A stretch of 64,000 nt of DNA from a virus, in the IMG/VR virus record IMGVR_UViG_3300045988_070924, positions 32,001 through 96,000 of that record; one strand, given 5' to 3'. The notes beneath the pieces were generated by a model that saw nothing but the letters and a program-made list of their open reading frames with translations, made no database searches and was not told where the DNA came from. Below are positions 8,953-18,869 of the stretch, piece by piece. The translations under genes were made by a program, and so were the position numbers. Positions within the stretch are counted from its first letter, which is position 1, and each line of letters begins with the position of its first letter.

Positions 8953-9681
8953 ATGGCAACATATAGAGAAGTGGTATATATGGCTTTAGATGAGTTAAAA
9001 CTTATCTCAAATGATGCCACTTATACACCAGAACATCTCATCTTTCTTGCAGATAACTATAGGGCACTCCTTCTTGACAGGAGGTATAGGGATGCAAGAA
9101 AAGGAGAGGTTTCAAGAAGTAATTATCAAGAGATATGCTTTGACCTTATAGAAGTTCCAGCTATTCCTGGAACAAGCTGCTATGGAGTATATCTCAGGAG
9201 TACTGAGAAAGTTCCATCATTAATGAGTGTTGGTATTAAACATATATATCCAGTAGATTACTTTAGCTCAGAACATATATCCTATATACCTCTTGAGAGA
9301 ATGCCTTATGTGGGAAACAACAAATGGCTTTCTAATATGATATATGTTACTAAAGGACCTGATGATTACCTGTATTTGAAATCAGCTAATCCTCAATTCT
9401 TATATCTCAAGAAACTTAGAGTAGATGCAGTTTTTCAGGATTCTCAGAAAGCAGCTAGTATGTCTTGTAGTGCTGAATCTGGTGCTAATTGTGATATACT
9501 TGATTCTGAGTTTCCTCTTGAAGATACTCTCATATCACCTCTTGTACAGCTTATGGTACAGGAATTAAGTGGAGCTAGATATTTGCCTACAGATAAGCAA
9601 AATAATGCTTCAGATGATATGAGTGGAATGATGGGAGTTAATCCTAGAACCACTAAATCTACTAAAACAGAGGAAGACTAA
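8953..9681 (+). CDS. Hypothetical virion/head-tail protein
   Basis: 242-aa ORF. Its stop overlaps the next ATG (TAATG). Confidence 0.3.
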   Translation: MATYREVVYMALDELKLISNDATYTPEHLIFLADNYRALLLDRRYRDARKGEVSRSNYQEICFDLIEVPAIPGTSCYGVYLRSTEKVPSLMSVGIKHIYPVDYFSSEHISYIPLERMPYVGNNKWLSNMIYVTKGPDDYLYLKSANPQFLYLKKLRVDAVFQDSQKAASMSCSAESGANCDILDSEFPLEDTLISPLVQLMVQELSGARYLPTDKQNNASDDMSGMMGVNPRTTKSTKTEED

Positions 9682-10238
9682 TGGGAATAAGGGAGTTTAT
9701 GTCTTCTGCTAAGAAGGCTAAAGGAAAAAGAGTACACAAAGCCAGGAATTCCTGGGGAGTAAAAGATGCCTTCCACTACTATAGAAAGACAAGACCAAAG
9801 GAGTCTGAATATGTACTTACTGAATGTGAGTTCCTAAGTATCATAAGAAAGACCAATGATATCCTAAGGCAGCTTATTATACAGGGAGAAGAGATTGTAT
9901 TGCCTGAGAAGATGGGAAAATTGGAGCTCAGGAAGAGACCAACTATAGTAGAATTTAAGGAAGGTAAACTTAGGACCAATCTTCCAGTAGATTGGGACTC
10001 TACTCTAAAACTGTGGTATGAGGATGAACAGTCTTATAAGGATAAGAGGCTTGTAAGACAGGAAACTAAAGAAGTATTCAAAGTCTTCTATAATAAATAT
10101 AGAGCAGACTACCAAAATAAATCTTTCTATCAATTCCATATCAACAGGGAAATTAAGAAAGGACTTAAGCATAAAATAAAAAATGGGGAAATAGATTCCC
10201 TTATGTTATATAGAATTAGGCATGGAGAAGACAACTAA
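9681..10238 (+). CDS. HU/IHF-like DNA-bending protein (putative)
   Basis: 'ILRQLIIQGEEIVLPEKMGKLELRKRPT' resembles the helix-G-x-V-x-L-x-x-x-G-x-F-x-V-x-x-R core of HU/IHF. Basic N-terminus. IHF-like genes are known in crAss-like structural modules. Confidence 0.4.
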   Translation: MGIREFMSSAKKAKGKRVHKARNSWGVKDAFHYYRKTRPKESEYVLTECEFLSIIRKTNDILRQLIIQGEEIVLPEKMGKLELRKRPTIVEFKEGKLRTNLPVDWDSTLKLWYEDEQSYKDKRLVRQETKEVFKVFYNKYRADYQNKSFYQFHINREIKKGLKHKIKNGEIDSLMLYRIRHGEDN

Positions 10239-10947
10239 CATAAGAAGGGTTGCTGACAGAATAATGAGACATCCTCTTCTCAGAGATGTGCCCTTTGAAA
10301 CTATTCTTGATTACACTGTAGATTTTTTACAGATAGTAGGAGTCCCTTCTCTCTTTGAAGAGAAGACTGCTTTACTTCATGTAGAGGATTACAGATGTAT
10401 GCTGCCTTGTGATTATGTATCTATGATACAGGTAAGGACAGCCAAGAAAGTTGATGGCATAGAACCTAACCATAGGTCTCATATATCCTATAGGTATTCT
10501 ACTGACTCATTTCATATGAGTACTGAGAAACCTGATGTAGGAAGATATGGGACTGACCTTACATATAAGATTCAAGGATGTGTTATATATACCTCAACCA
10601 AGGATACAGATATAGAGATAGCCTATAATGCCATAGCAACTGATGGTGAAGGTTATCCTTTATTACCTGACAATCCTTCCTTCCTCAGAGCTCTTGAAGC
10701 TTATATCAAGAAACAGCAGTTCACTATACTGTTTGATTTAGGGAAACTACAGCCTGCCATTCTACAGAATGCCCAGCAGGAATATGCATTTTATGTTGGA
10801 GACTGTGAAACTGAATTTAACAGACTTTCTCTTGATAAGGCTGAGTCTCTGTTTAACTCTTGGAGAACTCTCCTTATAAGGGATAGTGAGCATAGGCATG
10901 GCTTTGTTAATAATGGAGCCAAAGAATATTTAACCATTCAGCCATAA
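10222..10947 (+). CDS. Hypothetical tail/adaptor protein
   Basis: 241-aa ORF overlapping the previous gene by 17 nt, directly upstream of the giant tail gene. Confidence 0.3.
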   Translation: MEKTTNIRRVADRIMRHPLLRDVPFETILDYTVDFLQIVGVPSLFEEKTALLHVEDYRCMLPCDYVSMIQVRTAKKVDGIEPNHRSHISYRYSTDSFHMSTEKPDVGRYGTDLTYKIQGCVIYTSTKDTDIEIAYNAIATDGEGYPLLPDNPSFLRALEAYIKKQQFTILFDLGKLQPAILQNAQQEYAFYVGDCETEFNRLSLDKAESLFNSWRTLLIRDSEHRHGFVNNGAKEYLTIQP

Positions 10948-10948
10948 T

Positions 10949-13900
10949 ATGGAACAGAAGATTGCATCATTTCAAAATAAAGGAATGACAAGAGACCTCT
11001 CAATAAGTAAAGTAAATAATGAGTTTGCTTATGAGAACTTTAATGTCAGAATAATAGCTAGAGACCATGATACTCTTCTTTCTGTCACAAATGAAAGAGG
11101 GAATAAAGAGATAGAACTTAAGGGGCAGCCTTTTACTAAAGGCACTCCTTATGTAATAAAGTATTATGCTGATGGAGATTTTGAAGTTGATTCTAAAATT
11201 ACAAGCTATACTAATTCATTAACCCTTCTTTGGAAACTTAAGTCAGGTGAAACTGGAAGTATGACTTATGCTTACAGCGCTAATAAATGGAAGTTCAAAG
11301 ATGGGGATTCTATAATTAGTCCTATTTCAGAAGTAGAGTATTTAAAAGCAGAGCTGGGATATGTATTGGAAGATTATACTTATCACCCTATAAATATTAT
11401 TTATCATGATAGTAATGATGATGAATTTTTATATGAAAGTGAAGATTTTCCAACAGCAGCTCCTCCAATAACTTTAAAGGGGATTCTAATAGGGCACAGT
11501 GTATTAAATAATTATATGGTTCTATTTACTCATGAAGAGGATACTAAGATAGACCATATTTATAGAATAGAGTATGTTGATGAGGAGAATTGGAGAAGCT
11601 TATCACTGTTTGATGGAAATTTAGGATTTGATTCTAAACATCCAATAGAAACTCTTGCCAATTATGAAACAGAAGCTGTTCAAAAAGTTTATTGGGTAGA
11701 TGGAATTAACCAGCCAAGATTTATCAATATAAAGAAACTTGACTATAACAGTGATAATCCAAGTCAGTTTGATTTTGTAACAGAATTTAATCCTAGTCTT
11801 GGTGTTGAGATAACTAAAACATTTTTAGGAACTTCTTCATTCAGTAGTGGGACTATACAATACTTTTTCACTTATTCAAATAATTCTGGACAAGAAACTA
11901 ATATAGTTGGTAAAAGCAATATCTATAATCTCAGTGACCAAGAGAGGGCAACTCCAGCTGATTCCACAGCTTCTTGTGCTTTTAAAATAGACTTGACAGG
12001 TTTAGACAAGAGGTTTGATAATGTAAACATTTATTCTATTATTACTACCTCTACTTTATCTTGTAATAAAGTAGCAACTTTACCTATTACAGATGAAGTT
12101 TCTTATGTAGATACAGGTTCTTATACTATATCAATAGACCCAACTACTCTCCTTTATATAGGAGGAACAGAGATTCATGCAGAGACTCTTGCTCAAAAAG
12201 ACAATACTTTATTCTTAGGAAACATAGAACTTCAAACAGATGCAGTTGATACTGAACTTAAAAATCTTATAGATGCTACTATAGGAAAAGATTCAGATGG
12301 GAATTTTACTGGTGAAAGTTCCATGATTGAATTTGAATATTCTGATAAATATGTATTTCAGAATAACAGCTTAGGGACTGTATATTATGAAGACCAACAA
12401 CTTAATTTAGGTTCTGATAAATATCTGTTCTTTAAGGGTGGAGAAAAATATAGATTTGGACTAGTTTTCTTAACAGGCACAGGAAGAAGAAGTTCAGTAT
12501 ACTGGATAGGAGATAAGGTTAATACTTTGTATCCAAAATCAAACTCTATCAGAACATATAAGGCAGTAGCTAAATGCACAATACCTCAAGAAGTAGCTTC
12601 TTATATTTCTAAAAATACCCCTTATAAAAGGGCTATTTTAGTAAGAGCACTTATGGCTGAATCTGATAGGTCTGTCATAGCTCAAGGTTTTGTTAATCCT
12701 ACTGTATTCAATGCAACTCAAAGAGTATTGAATTCCCCTTATGCAATGTCTTCTTGGTTTTTTAGACCTAAGAACAGCAATGTTATTACAAATACTCATT
12801 TCTCACAAATACCAGCAAACAAAAGTATTTCAGCAGAAATACAGAATGTCAATGGAGAATATGATGAACAAGGTAAAGAAATAACTAAACCACCTTATTT
12901 TACTAAGGATGAAATAGCTTTAAAGAAAAGACAAGTTTGGATTAGGTGGACTGTCAAGGCTTATTATAAAGACAATAAAGGAGGATTTTATGGAGTAACA
13001 GGTGCTGAAGCTAAAGCAGTGTTAGAGTTCTTCAATAATGAAGGAAAACAAGAAATAGACAATAATGATGGATTAATTCCAGAAGCAACTATAAATATCA
13101 GTTCTAAATGGAGAGAAGCTTATGCAACAGGAGGTTTTGATAAAGTATGGCAGGAGTTCGAGAGGTCTTATAGGAAAGATTTATATCCAAGATTATTAGC
13201 TCATTATCCAAAATATGCAAAATTTTTCCCATCAGAAGCTTCAGAAGAAATGAAGAATGCTCTTTATGCAGATTGGAAAAATGCAGGAAAGGCAGCTTAT
13301 CATAAGAGAACCTCTGCTCCTCTACAAAGAAGAAAAATAAAGATAGGAGGAGTATTAGCAAATAATGGACTTTTATATAGTAAGACTTTAGGTAATAGAT
13401 TTTATATAGATGAGTCTATAATAACTCTTAATTCTCCTGATATAGAGTTTGGAGAATATCAAACTCTTCCTGATAATTTTAAATTTAGAATTATAGGTTA
13501 TTCCCCACTTACAGCAGGAGCTACTAATTTCTATATGAATCCTGAAAAGGATAATTCAAATAGTAGTTTCTTGCCAGATAATTTAAATAAAGAGAATATT
13601 TCTCAATATCCAGAACAGGCTCCTACTTTACCATTTTTTAGTGGAGATACTATTATAGAAAAAGACAAAAGTTCTGTGGTAGCTCCTTATATAATATACC
13701 CTTGGCATAAAACAGGTGCCTTATATAAGAAAGATGATGTTGAGGAATATGTAGTTAAAGATAAAATACTTGCTAATCTTAAATATAGTTTATTTACTAA
13801 TTATTGCTGGCTCAATAAATATAGAACAGATTTAGATATAACTAAGACTGGAGATTATAATTATTATATGAAGATGGCTTGGGAGCCTAAAGGAGGAATC

Positions 13901-16633
13901 AGTAATATAAATATAGCTGATGAATCTATAGACAATGTATTCTTAAATATTAGGGATGAAAGGCTTTACTATAATAATTATGATTTTGTTTTAAGTGTTA
14001 GTTCTGATGATACATCTTCAGAAAAATATAAAGAGTATACTACTGGAGATAAGCAATATACAGAAGGATTAGACTTTTTATCAGATACTGCTAATTGGGA
14101 AGCTGTTGTTACAAACTCTACAGCACCAGTAAATGTAGCAGCAAAGAGTAAAAAGAACTGTATTCTGTCTTTTAATCCTGTAGGAGATGAAACAATTATA
14201 TTACCTTCAGTAAATGCAGATACTCCTGATATTAATTTATCTAATTATTATCTTCCTTGGGAAACTTATGTTGATGAATCACCAATAAATGACACTCTTA
14301 TAACTGGGGATTATCCTTATTATATTCCAGATAGATTATTGAATTCTGATTCTGTTTATATAATAGAGCTTGATAATACTTCTACGGTAGATGCTTATAA
14401 TTCTTTTGATAAGGATTTTAAAAATGCTAAAAATGCTTATTCAAATAAATTAGCTATTGCTTTTATTAAAGAAATATCAGGTAGTGCTGTTACTTATCTA
14501 GGAGAAGATGTAGAATATAAAAAGAATGTTTATCCTGGTTTCAAAATAACAGTAGTACCAATCAAAGAATCTGGAATTACCAGTAAATATAATATTACTA
14601 TAACTGAAGGAAATGAGACCGGAACTTATAAACTAATATACATAAATTCTGAAGGAGTAGAAGAAAAGAGTATAGAAATTATTAATTCCATAGTAGTTAC
14701 AAAAGAAGAAGCTAATAATTATTCTTTCAAAGTAAAAGCTACCTACACTCCTTTATTTCCAGGATATTCCTCTACAAGGGAAAATATGCAAATATTTGAC
14801 CTTAAAGCACCTATATTTGCTGGTTCTTCCGTAACTTTAATAGTTAATGATATAAATAAAGGGGTATGTATAAAAACGGATACTGGATTAAATCCTGAAC
14901 TTGAAGTTATATACTTAAAAGATTATAAAGGAACGTCTTATAAATATACTAGAAAAATAAATACTTTGACTGAGGTAGTTTTAAATAATATTATAATAAA
15001 ACCAGACAATTTATCCATTCCTCTAGATACTTATGAATCAGGTAAAATAGATACAGATACTTTTGATACTTCTTTGCTTTTTGTAGGAGAACTTTATAGA
15101 GATATTGAAGATTATTCAAAGAAGGATTATAGATATGGGGGAGTAGCAGAAGATGCTCTAAAAAAGAATACTTTTGTGGATTGTGGTGCTGTTACTGACA
15201 TTACTAAGTCTAATATTCTTTATGGAGTAGAAGGTGACTCTTATTATCAGAGATATGATGTCCTCAAAACTATACCATATTCAAAAGGTAAAGACAACAG
15301 TATTATTGAAATCTTTTCTGGAATGATTGAAAGTAGAATCAATCTTAATGGAAAGACTGATAAGAATATGTCTACTTCTGATTATACTCTTATAAACACA
15401 GAAACCTTTAATAGTATTAATAAAGCTTATACCAGACAGGATTCATTCAATACATCTGTTGTACTTGGCAGCTCTGATACTACTACTTCTTATCCTACTC
15501 AGTTTACTTGGACTAAAGAAAAAACTCCAGGAGAAGATATAGATACTTGGACTAATATTACTTTATCTGAAATTGAAACTCTTGATGGTGATAAGGGACC
15601 ACTTAGAGCTATAAGAAGGTTCCAGAACTCACTTATAGCATTCCAGGATAAAGGTATTGCTGAGATACTCTTTAATTCAAGAACTCAGATTGGAACTCAG
15701 CAAGGAGTACCTATTGAGATTGCCAACTCAGGTAAGGTTGATGGAAAGAGATATATTACTGACAAGGCTGGATGTATCAACAAGTGGTCCATAGTTGAAA
15801 CCAAGAATGGTATGTACTTCATAGATAATATCAACAGTTCACTCAGTCTGTTCACAGGAACTGTGAAATCTCTCTCTGATGAGAAGGGGTTCAAGGATTG
15901 GGTAGGAAGAAACAACTCTACTGATTTATGGAATCCTGTGGACTTTAATAACTTTGTTGCTTACTGGGATAGGGTGAATGATGATGTCTACTTCCTTAGA
16001 GGGAATGAAGAGAAACAGCAGGATGTACTGTGCTATAATGAAATGCTTGGGCAATTTACATCATTCTTCAGCTATGGAGAAGTCCCAATGATGGTTAATG
16101 TTCAAGATAAATTTGTAGCATTCAGAGAGGATAACAAGGGAGTAAATAAATTGTGGCTACAGGGTGAAGGAGAGTTCAATAATCTGTTTGGAAGTCTGCA
16201 AGGCTATCATATGTTATACAGAATTACTCCTGACCCTTATGGAGACAAAACATTCAGTACTCTTGAATATAGAGCTGACATGTTTGATATGAGTGACCCA
16301 AATTATAATCCTTATATGCCTGGTGAGGGAAAACTTACAGGAGATACCTTTGATACTCTTGAAGTATGGAATGAATATCAGGGAAACAAGATTTCTGTAG
16401 GTGACTCTACTTCTCCTCTATATCCTTTTAGGGCAAGAGATAAATATCCTGATGTAAGAAGAAAGTTCAGAATATGGAGAATGGATATTCCAAGAGATAA
16501 GAAGGGTCCTGATAATCCTTATGGATTGAATAGAATAAGAAACCCTTGGATATATCTTAAACTATCTAAGACTCCAACTCTTTCTAATGAAAGAATGGAG
16601 TTCCATGATTTGGCAGTAAGATATTTTGAATAG
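10949..16633 (+). CDS. Very large tail structural protein (1894 aa)
   Basis: Uninterrupted 5.7-kb ORF in the late block, beta-rich. Call rests on size and position. No catalytic motif recognised. Confidence 0.45.
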   Translation: MEQKIASFQNKGMTRDLSISKVNNEFAYENFNVRIIARDHDTLLSVTNERGNKEIELKGQPFTKGTPYVIKYYADGDFEVDSKITSYTNSLTLLWKLKSGETGSMTYAYSANKWKFKDGDSIISPISEVEYLKAELGYVLEDYTYHPINIIYHDSNDDEFLYESEDFPTAAPPITLKGILIGHSVLNNYMVLFTHEEDTKIDHIYRIEYVDEENWRSLSLFDGNLGFDSKHPIETLANYETEAVQKVYWVDGINQPRFINIKKLDYNSDNPSQFDFVTEFNPSLGVEITKTFLGTSSFSSGTIQYFFTYSNNSGQETNIVGKSNIYNLSDQERATPADSTASCAFKIDLTGLDKRFDNVNIYSIITTSTLSCNKVATLPITDEVSYVDTGSYTISIDPTTLLYIGGTEIHAETLAQKDNTLFLGNIELQTDAVDTELKNLIDATIGKDSDGNFTGESSMIEFEYSDKYVFQNNSLGTVYYEDQQLNLGSDKYLFFKGGEKYRFGLVFLTGTGRRSSVYWIGDKVNTLYPKSNSIRTYKAVAKCTIPQEVASYISKNTPYKRAILVRALMAESDRSVIAQGFVNPTVFNATQRVLNSPYAMSSWFFRPKNSNVITNTHFSQIPANKSISAEIQNVNGEYDEQGKEITKPPYFTKDEIALKKRQVWIRWTVKAYYKDNKGGFYGVTGAEAKAVLEFFNNEGKQEIDNNDGLIPEATINISSKWREAYATGGFDKVWQEFERSYRKDLYPRLLAHYPKYAKFFPSEASEEMKNALYADWKNAGKAAYHKRTSAPLQRRKIKIGGVLANNGLLYSKTLGNRFYIDESIITLNSPDIEFGEYQTLPDNFKFRIIGYSPLTAGATNFYMNPEKDNSNSSFLPDNLNKENISQYPEQAPTLPFFSGDTIIEKDKSSVVAPYIIYPWHKTGALYKKDDVEEYVVKDKILANLKYSLFTNYCWLNKYRTDLDITKTGDYNYYMKMAWEPKGGISNINIADESIDNVFLNIRDERLYYNNYDFVLSVSSDDTSSEKYKEYTTGDKQYTEGLDFLSDTANWEAVVTNSTAPVNVAAKSKKNCILSFNPVGDETIILPSVNADTPDINLSNYYLPWETYVDESPINDTLITGDYPYYIPDRLLNSDSVYIIELDNTSTVDAYNSFDKDFKNAKNAYSNKLAIAFIKEISGSAVTYLGEDVEYKKNVYPGFKITVVPIKESGITSKYNITITEGNETGTYKLIYINSEGVEEKSIEIINSIVVTKEEANNYSFKVKATYTPLFPGYSSTRENMQIFDLKAPIFAGSSVTLIVNDINKGVCIKTDTGLNPELEVIYLKDYKGTSYKYTRKINTLTEVVLNNIIIKPDNLSIPLDTYESGKIDTDTFDTSLLFVGELYRDIEDYSKKDYRYGGVAEDALKKNTFVDCGAVTDITKSNILYGVEGDSYYQRYDVLKTIPYSKGKDNSIIEIFSGMIESRINLNGKTDKNMSTSDYTLINTETFNSINKAYTRQDSFNTSVVLGSSDTTTSYPTQFTWTKEKTPGEDIDTWTNITLSEIETLDGDKGPLRAIRRFQNSLIAFQDKGIAEILFNSRTQIGTQQGVPIEIANSGKVDGKRYITDKAGCINKWSIVETKNGMYFIDNINSSLSLFTGTVKSLSDEKGFKDWVGRNNSTDLWNPVDFNNFVAYWDRVNDDVYFLRGNEEKQQDVLCYNEMLGQFTSFFSYGEVPMMVNVQDKFVAFREDNKGVNKLWLQGEGEFNNLFGSLQGYHMLYRITPDPYGDKTFSTLEYRADMFDMSDPNYNPYMPGEGKLTGDTFDTLEVWNEYQGNKISVGDSTSPLYPFRARDKYPDVRRKFRIWRMDIPRDKKGPDNPYGLNRIRNPWIYLKLSKTPTLSNERMEFHDLAVRYFE

Positions 16634-16635
16634 TT

Positions 16636-16679
16636 AAAAGAGTAGTAAGTAAATCACTTACTACTCTTTTATTATTTTA
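16636..16679 (+). terminator. Rho-independent terminator
   Basis: Perfect 15-bp stem aaaagagtagtaagt/acttactactctttt (16636-16650/16656-16670), then a T-rich tail. Confidence 0.85.
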
Positions 16680-16688
16680 TATACCTTA

Positions 16689-16719
16689 TTGTTTAAGTCA
16701 ATTAATTTTACTACCTTTG
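16689..16719 (+). promoter_or_regulatory. Bacteroidota-type promoter (TTG-N20-TAccTTTG)
   Basis: TAccTTTG at 16712-16719. TTG at 16689-16691 is the same triplet the ORF track used as a start codon. The box ends 18 nt upstream of ATG 16737. Confidence 0.6.
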
Positions 16720-16736
16720 CAACAAATAATTATGTT

Positions 16737-18869
16737 ATGGCTAAATGTAATATTAAAAGAAGACATAGTAAAACACTTGACTTATCTCTACAAAGAAGAA
16801 ATAAGCCAACTGTTGGTAACATATTTGATGGAGAACATAATTTTGGAGCTACCATTCAACCAATCAATAACTTTGTAAGTAACTTTGGAGATATAAGGAA
16901 ACTTACTCCAAAACAAGCAAAGCAAGCTGGAATCACTCCTACTAGTACCCTTACTGCTCCTAGTTCACCTAGTTCAGGGTCTGGATTTGATGTCTCTAAT
17001 TTTATGGGACAAGCAGGAAATGTAGTTGGAGGAATAACTTCAATTATAGATTCTTCATTAAAGAATGCTCAAATTGCAGATACTACTGGAATAGAAAATA
17101 ATATAAGAGATTTAAGAGATACTGATTTCTCAGAAGCTACTAACAGTGATTCTCTTATAGATGCCTACAATAATCTTAATTTTCTTAAAGATGATTATTC
17201 TTGGAGAGATGTAAGAGGAGTATCTAATGGAGAATTAGTTGGAAATACTTTATCAGCTGTAGGTTCTGGAGCTATGGCTGGAGCTTCTGTTGGAGGTCCT
17301 TATGGAGCTATAGCAGGAGCTGCTATAGGATTAGGAGGAAGTCTTGCAGGAATATTTACAGGTAAAAAGAAGGCAAAGAAAAAAGCTAGATTCCTTAATC
17401 AAGCAGCAGAAGCTGCCAATGATTTAGCAATAGATAATTATGATTTCCAAGTGAATGATGTTATGCAGAATAATGCTAGAAATGCTATGCAATATGCTTA
17501 TGCTGCTGAAGGAGGACCTATTAATATAAAAAAGAAGAATAGAGGAAAATTCACAGAGTCTGCTAGTAGAGCAGGTATGGGAGTACAAGAATATGCAAGA
17601 CATATATTAGCCAATAAAGATAAATATTCTTCTACTCTTGTAAAGAGAGCTAACTTTGCTAGAAATGCAGCTGGTTGGAAACATGCTTTAGGGGGATATA
17701 TAAAAGATAGAGATAATATGTATGATAGTTTGTTAGAATCTCAAACACATGGAGGAGACTTCAGTAATGGAGTTACCTTTATAAATAATGGGGGAACTCA
17801 TGAACAAAATCCTTTTGAAGGTGTTCCTATGGGAGTAGCTCCAGATGGGCAACCTAATTTAGTAGAAGAAGGAGAAGTTTTATATAATGATTATGTATTT
17901 TCTAATAGACTTCATCCTACTGATAAAGAGCTAAAGGAATCTAATCTTCCTAAAAAATATAAAGGACATACCTTTGCTCTTATTGCAGAAGATATGAGTA
18001 AAGAATCAGCAGAAAGACCTAATGACCCTATAAGTAAAAGGGGACTTGAAGCTTCGTTAGGTAAGTTAGCTTCAATTCAAGAAGAACAAAGAATGAAGAA
18101 AGGAAAAATAGGTACTCAACAAATGATGGCATTTGGAGGTAGAAAGTTTGCAGGAACTAAAGATACTTATTCAAGATATGCTCCAGCAGCAGGTTCTGCA
18201 ATAGGAGCAGTTCAAAGTGTATTCCAAAAACCTGATTATACTAATTCAGATTTAATTCTTGATGTTGTTAATAATTTATCAAGAAATAAAGTTTCTCCAA
18301 CATTGTTGGGCAATTATTTGAGGTATAATCCTATTAATAGAAATTATTATTTAAATCAACTTCAAGGACAAGCAGGAGCTACAAGAAGAGCAGTTATGAA
18401 TTCCGGGCTTAATTCTGGCCAAAGAATAGCTGGCTTACTTGCAGCAGACTACAATGCTCAACAAGGAATTGCAGATACTTTACTTAAAGCTGATATGTAT
18501 AATGAGCAACTTAGGCAAAATGCAGCACAGTTTAATAGAGGAACTGACCAATATAACTCTGGAGCACTTATGCAGGCTGCTGCACAAAATGCGCAATTAG
18601 CTCAAGCAAGAGATAATATGAGATTATCAGGAACAACTACAGCAGCTAATATGAGAGAATTGGCAGATACTGCATTAGCTACTTCAAGAAGTGCCAATCT
18701 TACAAACTTCTTTGATAACTTAGGTTCAATAGGAAGAGAAAATAGAGATGCTAATATGCTTCAAGCAATGATAGATTCTGATTTATTTGGAACTCTCAGT
18801 GAGCCTATGAAGAGAGGCTGGAATAAGAATGGAGGAATGCTAACTAAAAGAAGTAGGAGGAGAAAATAA
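16737..18869 (+). CDS. Large virion protein with glycine-zipper hydrophobic segment (internal/ejected protein?)
   Basis: In-frame ATG 16737 is preferred over TTG 16689. 'GSGAMAGASVGGPYGAIAGAAIGLGGSLAGIFTG' is followed by 'KKKAKKKA'. Q/N/A-rich C-terminal half ending 'KRSRRRK'. Confidence 0.35.
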   Translation: MAKCNIKRRHSKTLDLSLQRRNKPTVGNIFDGEHNFGATIQPINNFVSNFGDIRKLTPKQAKQAGITPTSTLTAPSSPSSGSGFDVSNFMGQAGNVVGGITSIIDSSLKNAQIADTTGIENNIRDLRDTDFSEATNSDSLIDAYNNLNFLKDDYSWRDVRGVSNGELVGNTLSAVGSGAMAGASVGGPYGAIAGAAIGLGGSLAGIFTGKKKAKKKARFLNQAAEAANDLAIDNYDFQVNDVMQNNARNAMQYAYAAEGGPINIKKKNRGKFTESASRAGMGVQEYARHILANKDKYSSTLVKRANFARNAAGWKHALGGYIKDRDNMYDSLLESQTHGGDFSNGVTFINNGGTHEQNPFEGVPMGVAPDGQPNLVEEGEVLYNDYVFSNRLHPTDKELKESNLPKKYKGHTFALIAEDMSKESAERPNDPISKRGLEASLGKLASIQEEQRMKKGKIGTQQMMAFGGRKFAGTKDTYSRYAPAAGSAIGAVQSVFQKPDYTNSDLILDVVNNLSRNKVSPTLLGNYLRYNPINRNYYLNQLQGQAGATRRAVMNSGLNSGQRIAGLLAADYNAQQGIADTLLKADMYNEQLRQNAAQFNRGTDQYNSGALMQAAAQNAQLAQARDNMRLSGTTTAANMRELADTALATSRSANLTNFFDNLGSIGRENRDANMLQAMIDSDLFGTLSEPMKRGWNKNGGMLTKRSRRRK

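Noticed and set aside
16689-16736. N-terminal extensions given by the ORF track at non-ATG starts: TTG 16689, TTG 777, GTG 1409, TTG 1755, TTG 42769, TTG 43702, TTG 52558 and TTG 55199. Also the 36-codon extension of dut to 48736.
   Set aside because: In each case an in-frame ATG follows shortly. The extension overlaps a promoter box, a terminator hairpin or the upstream gene.
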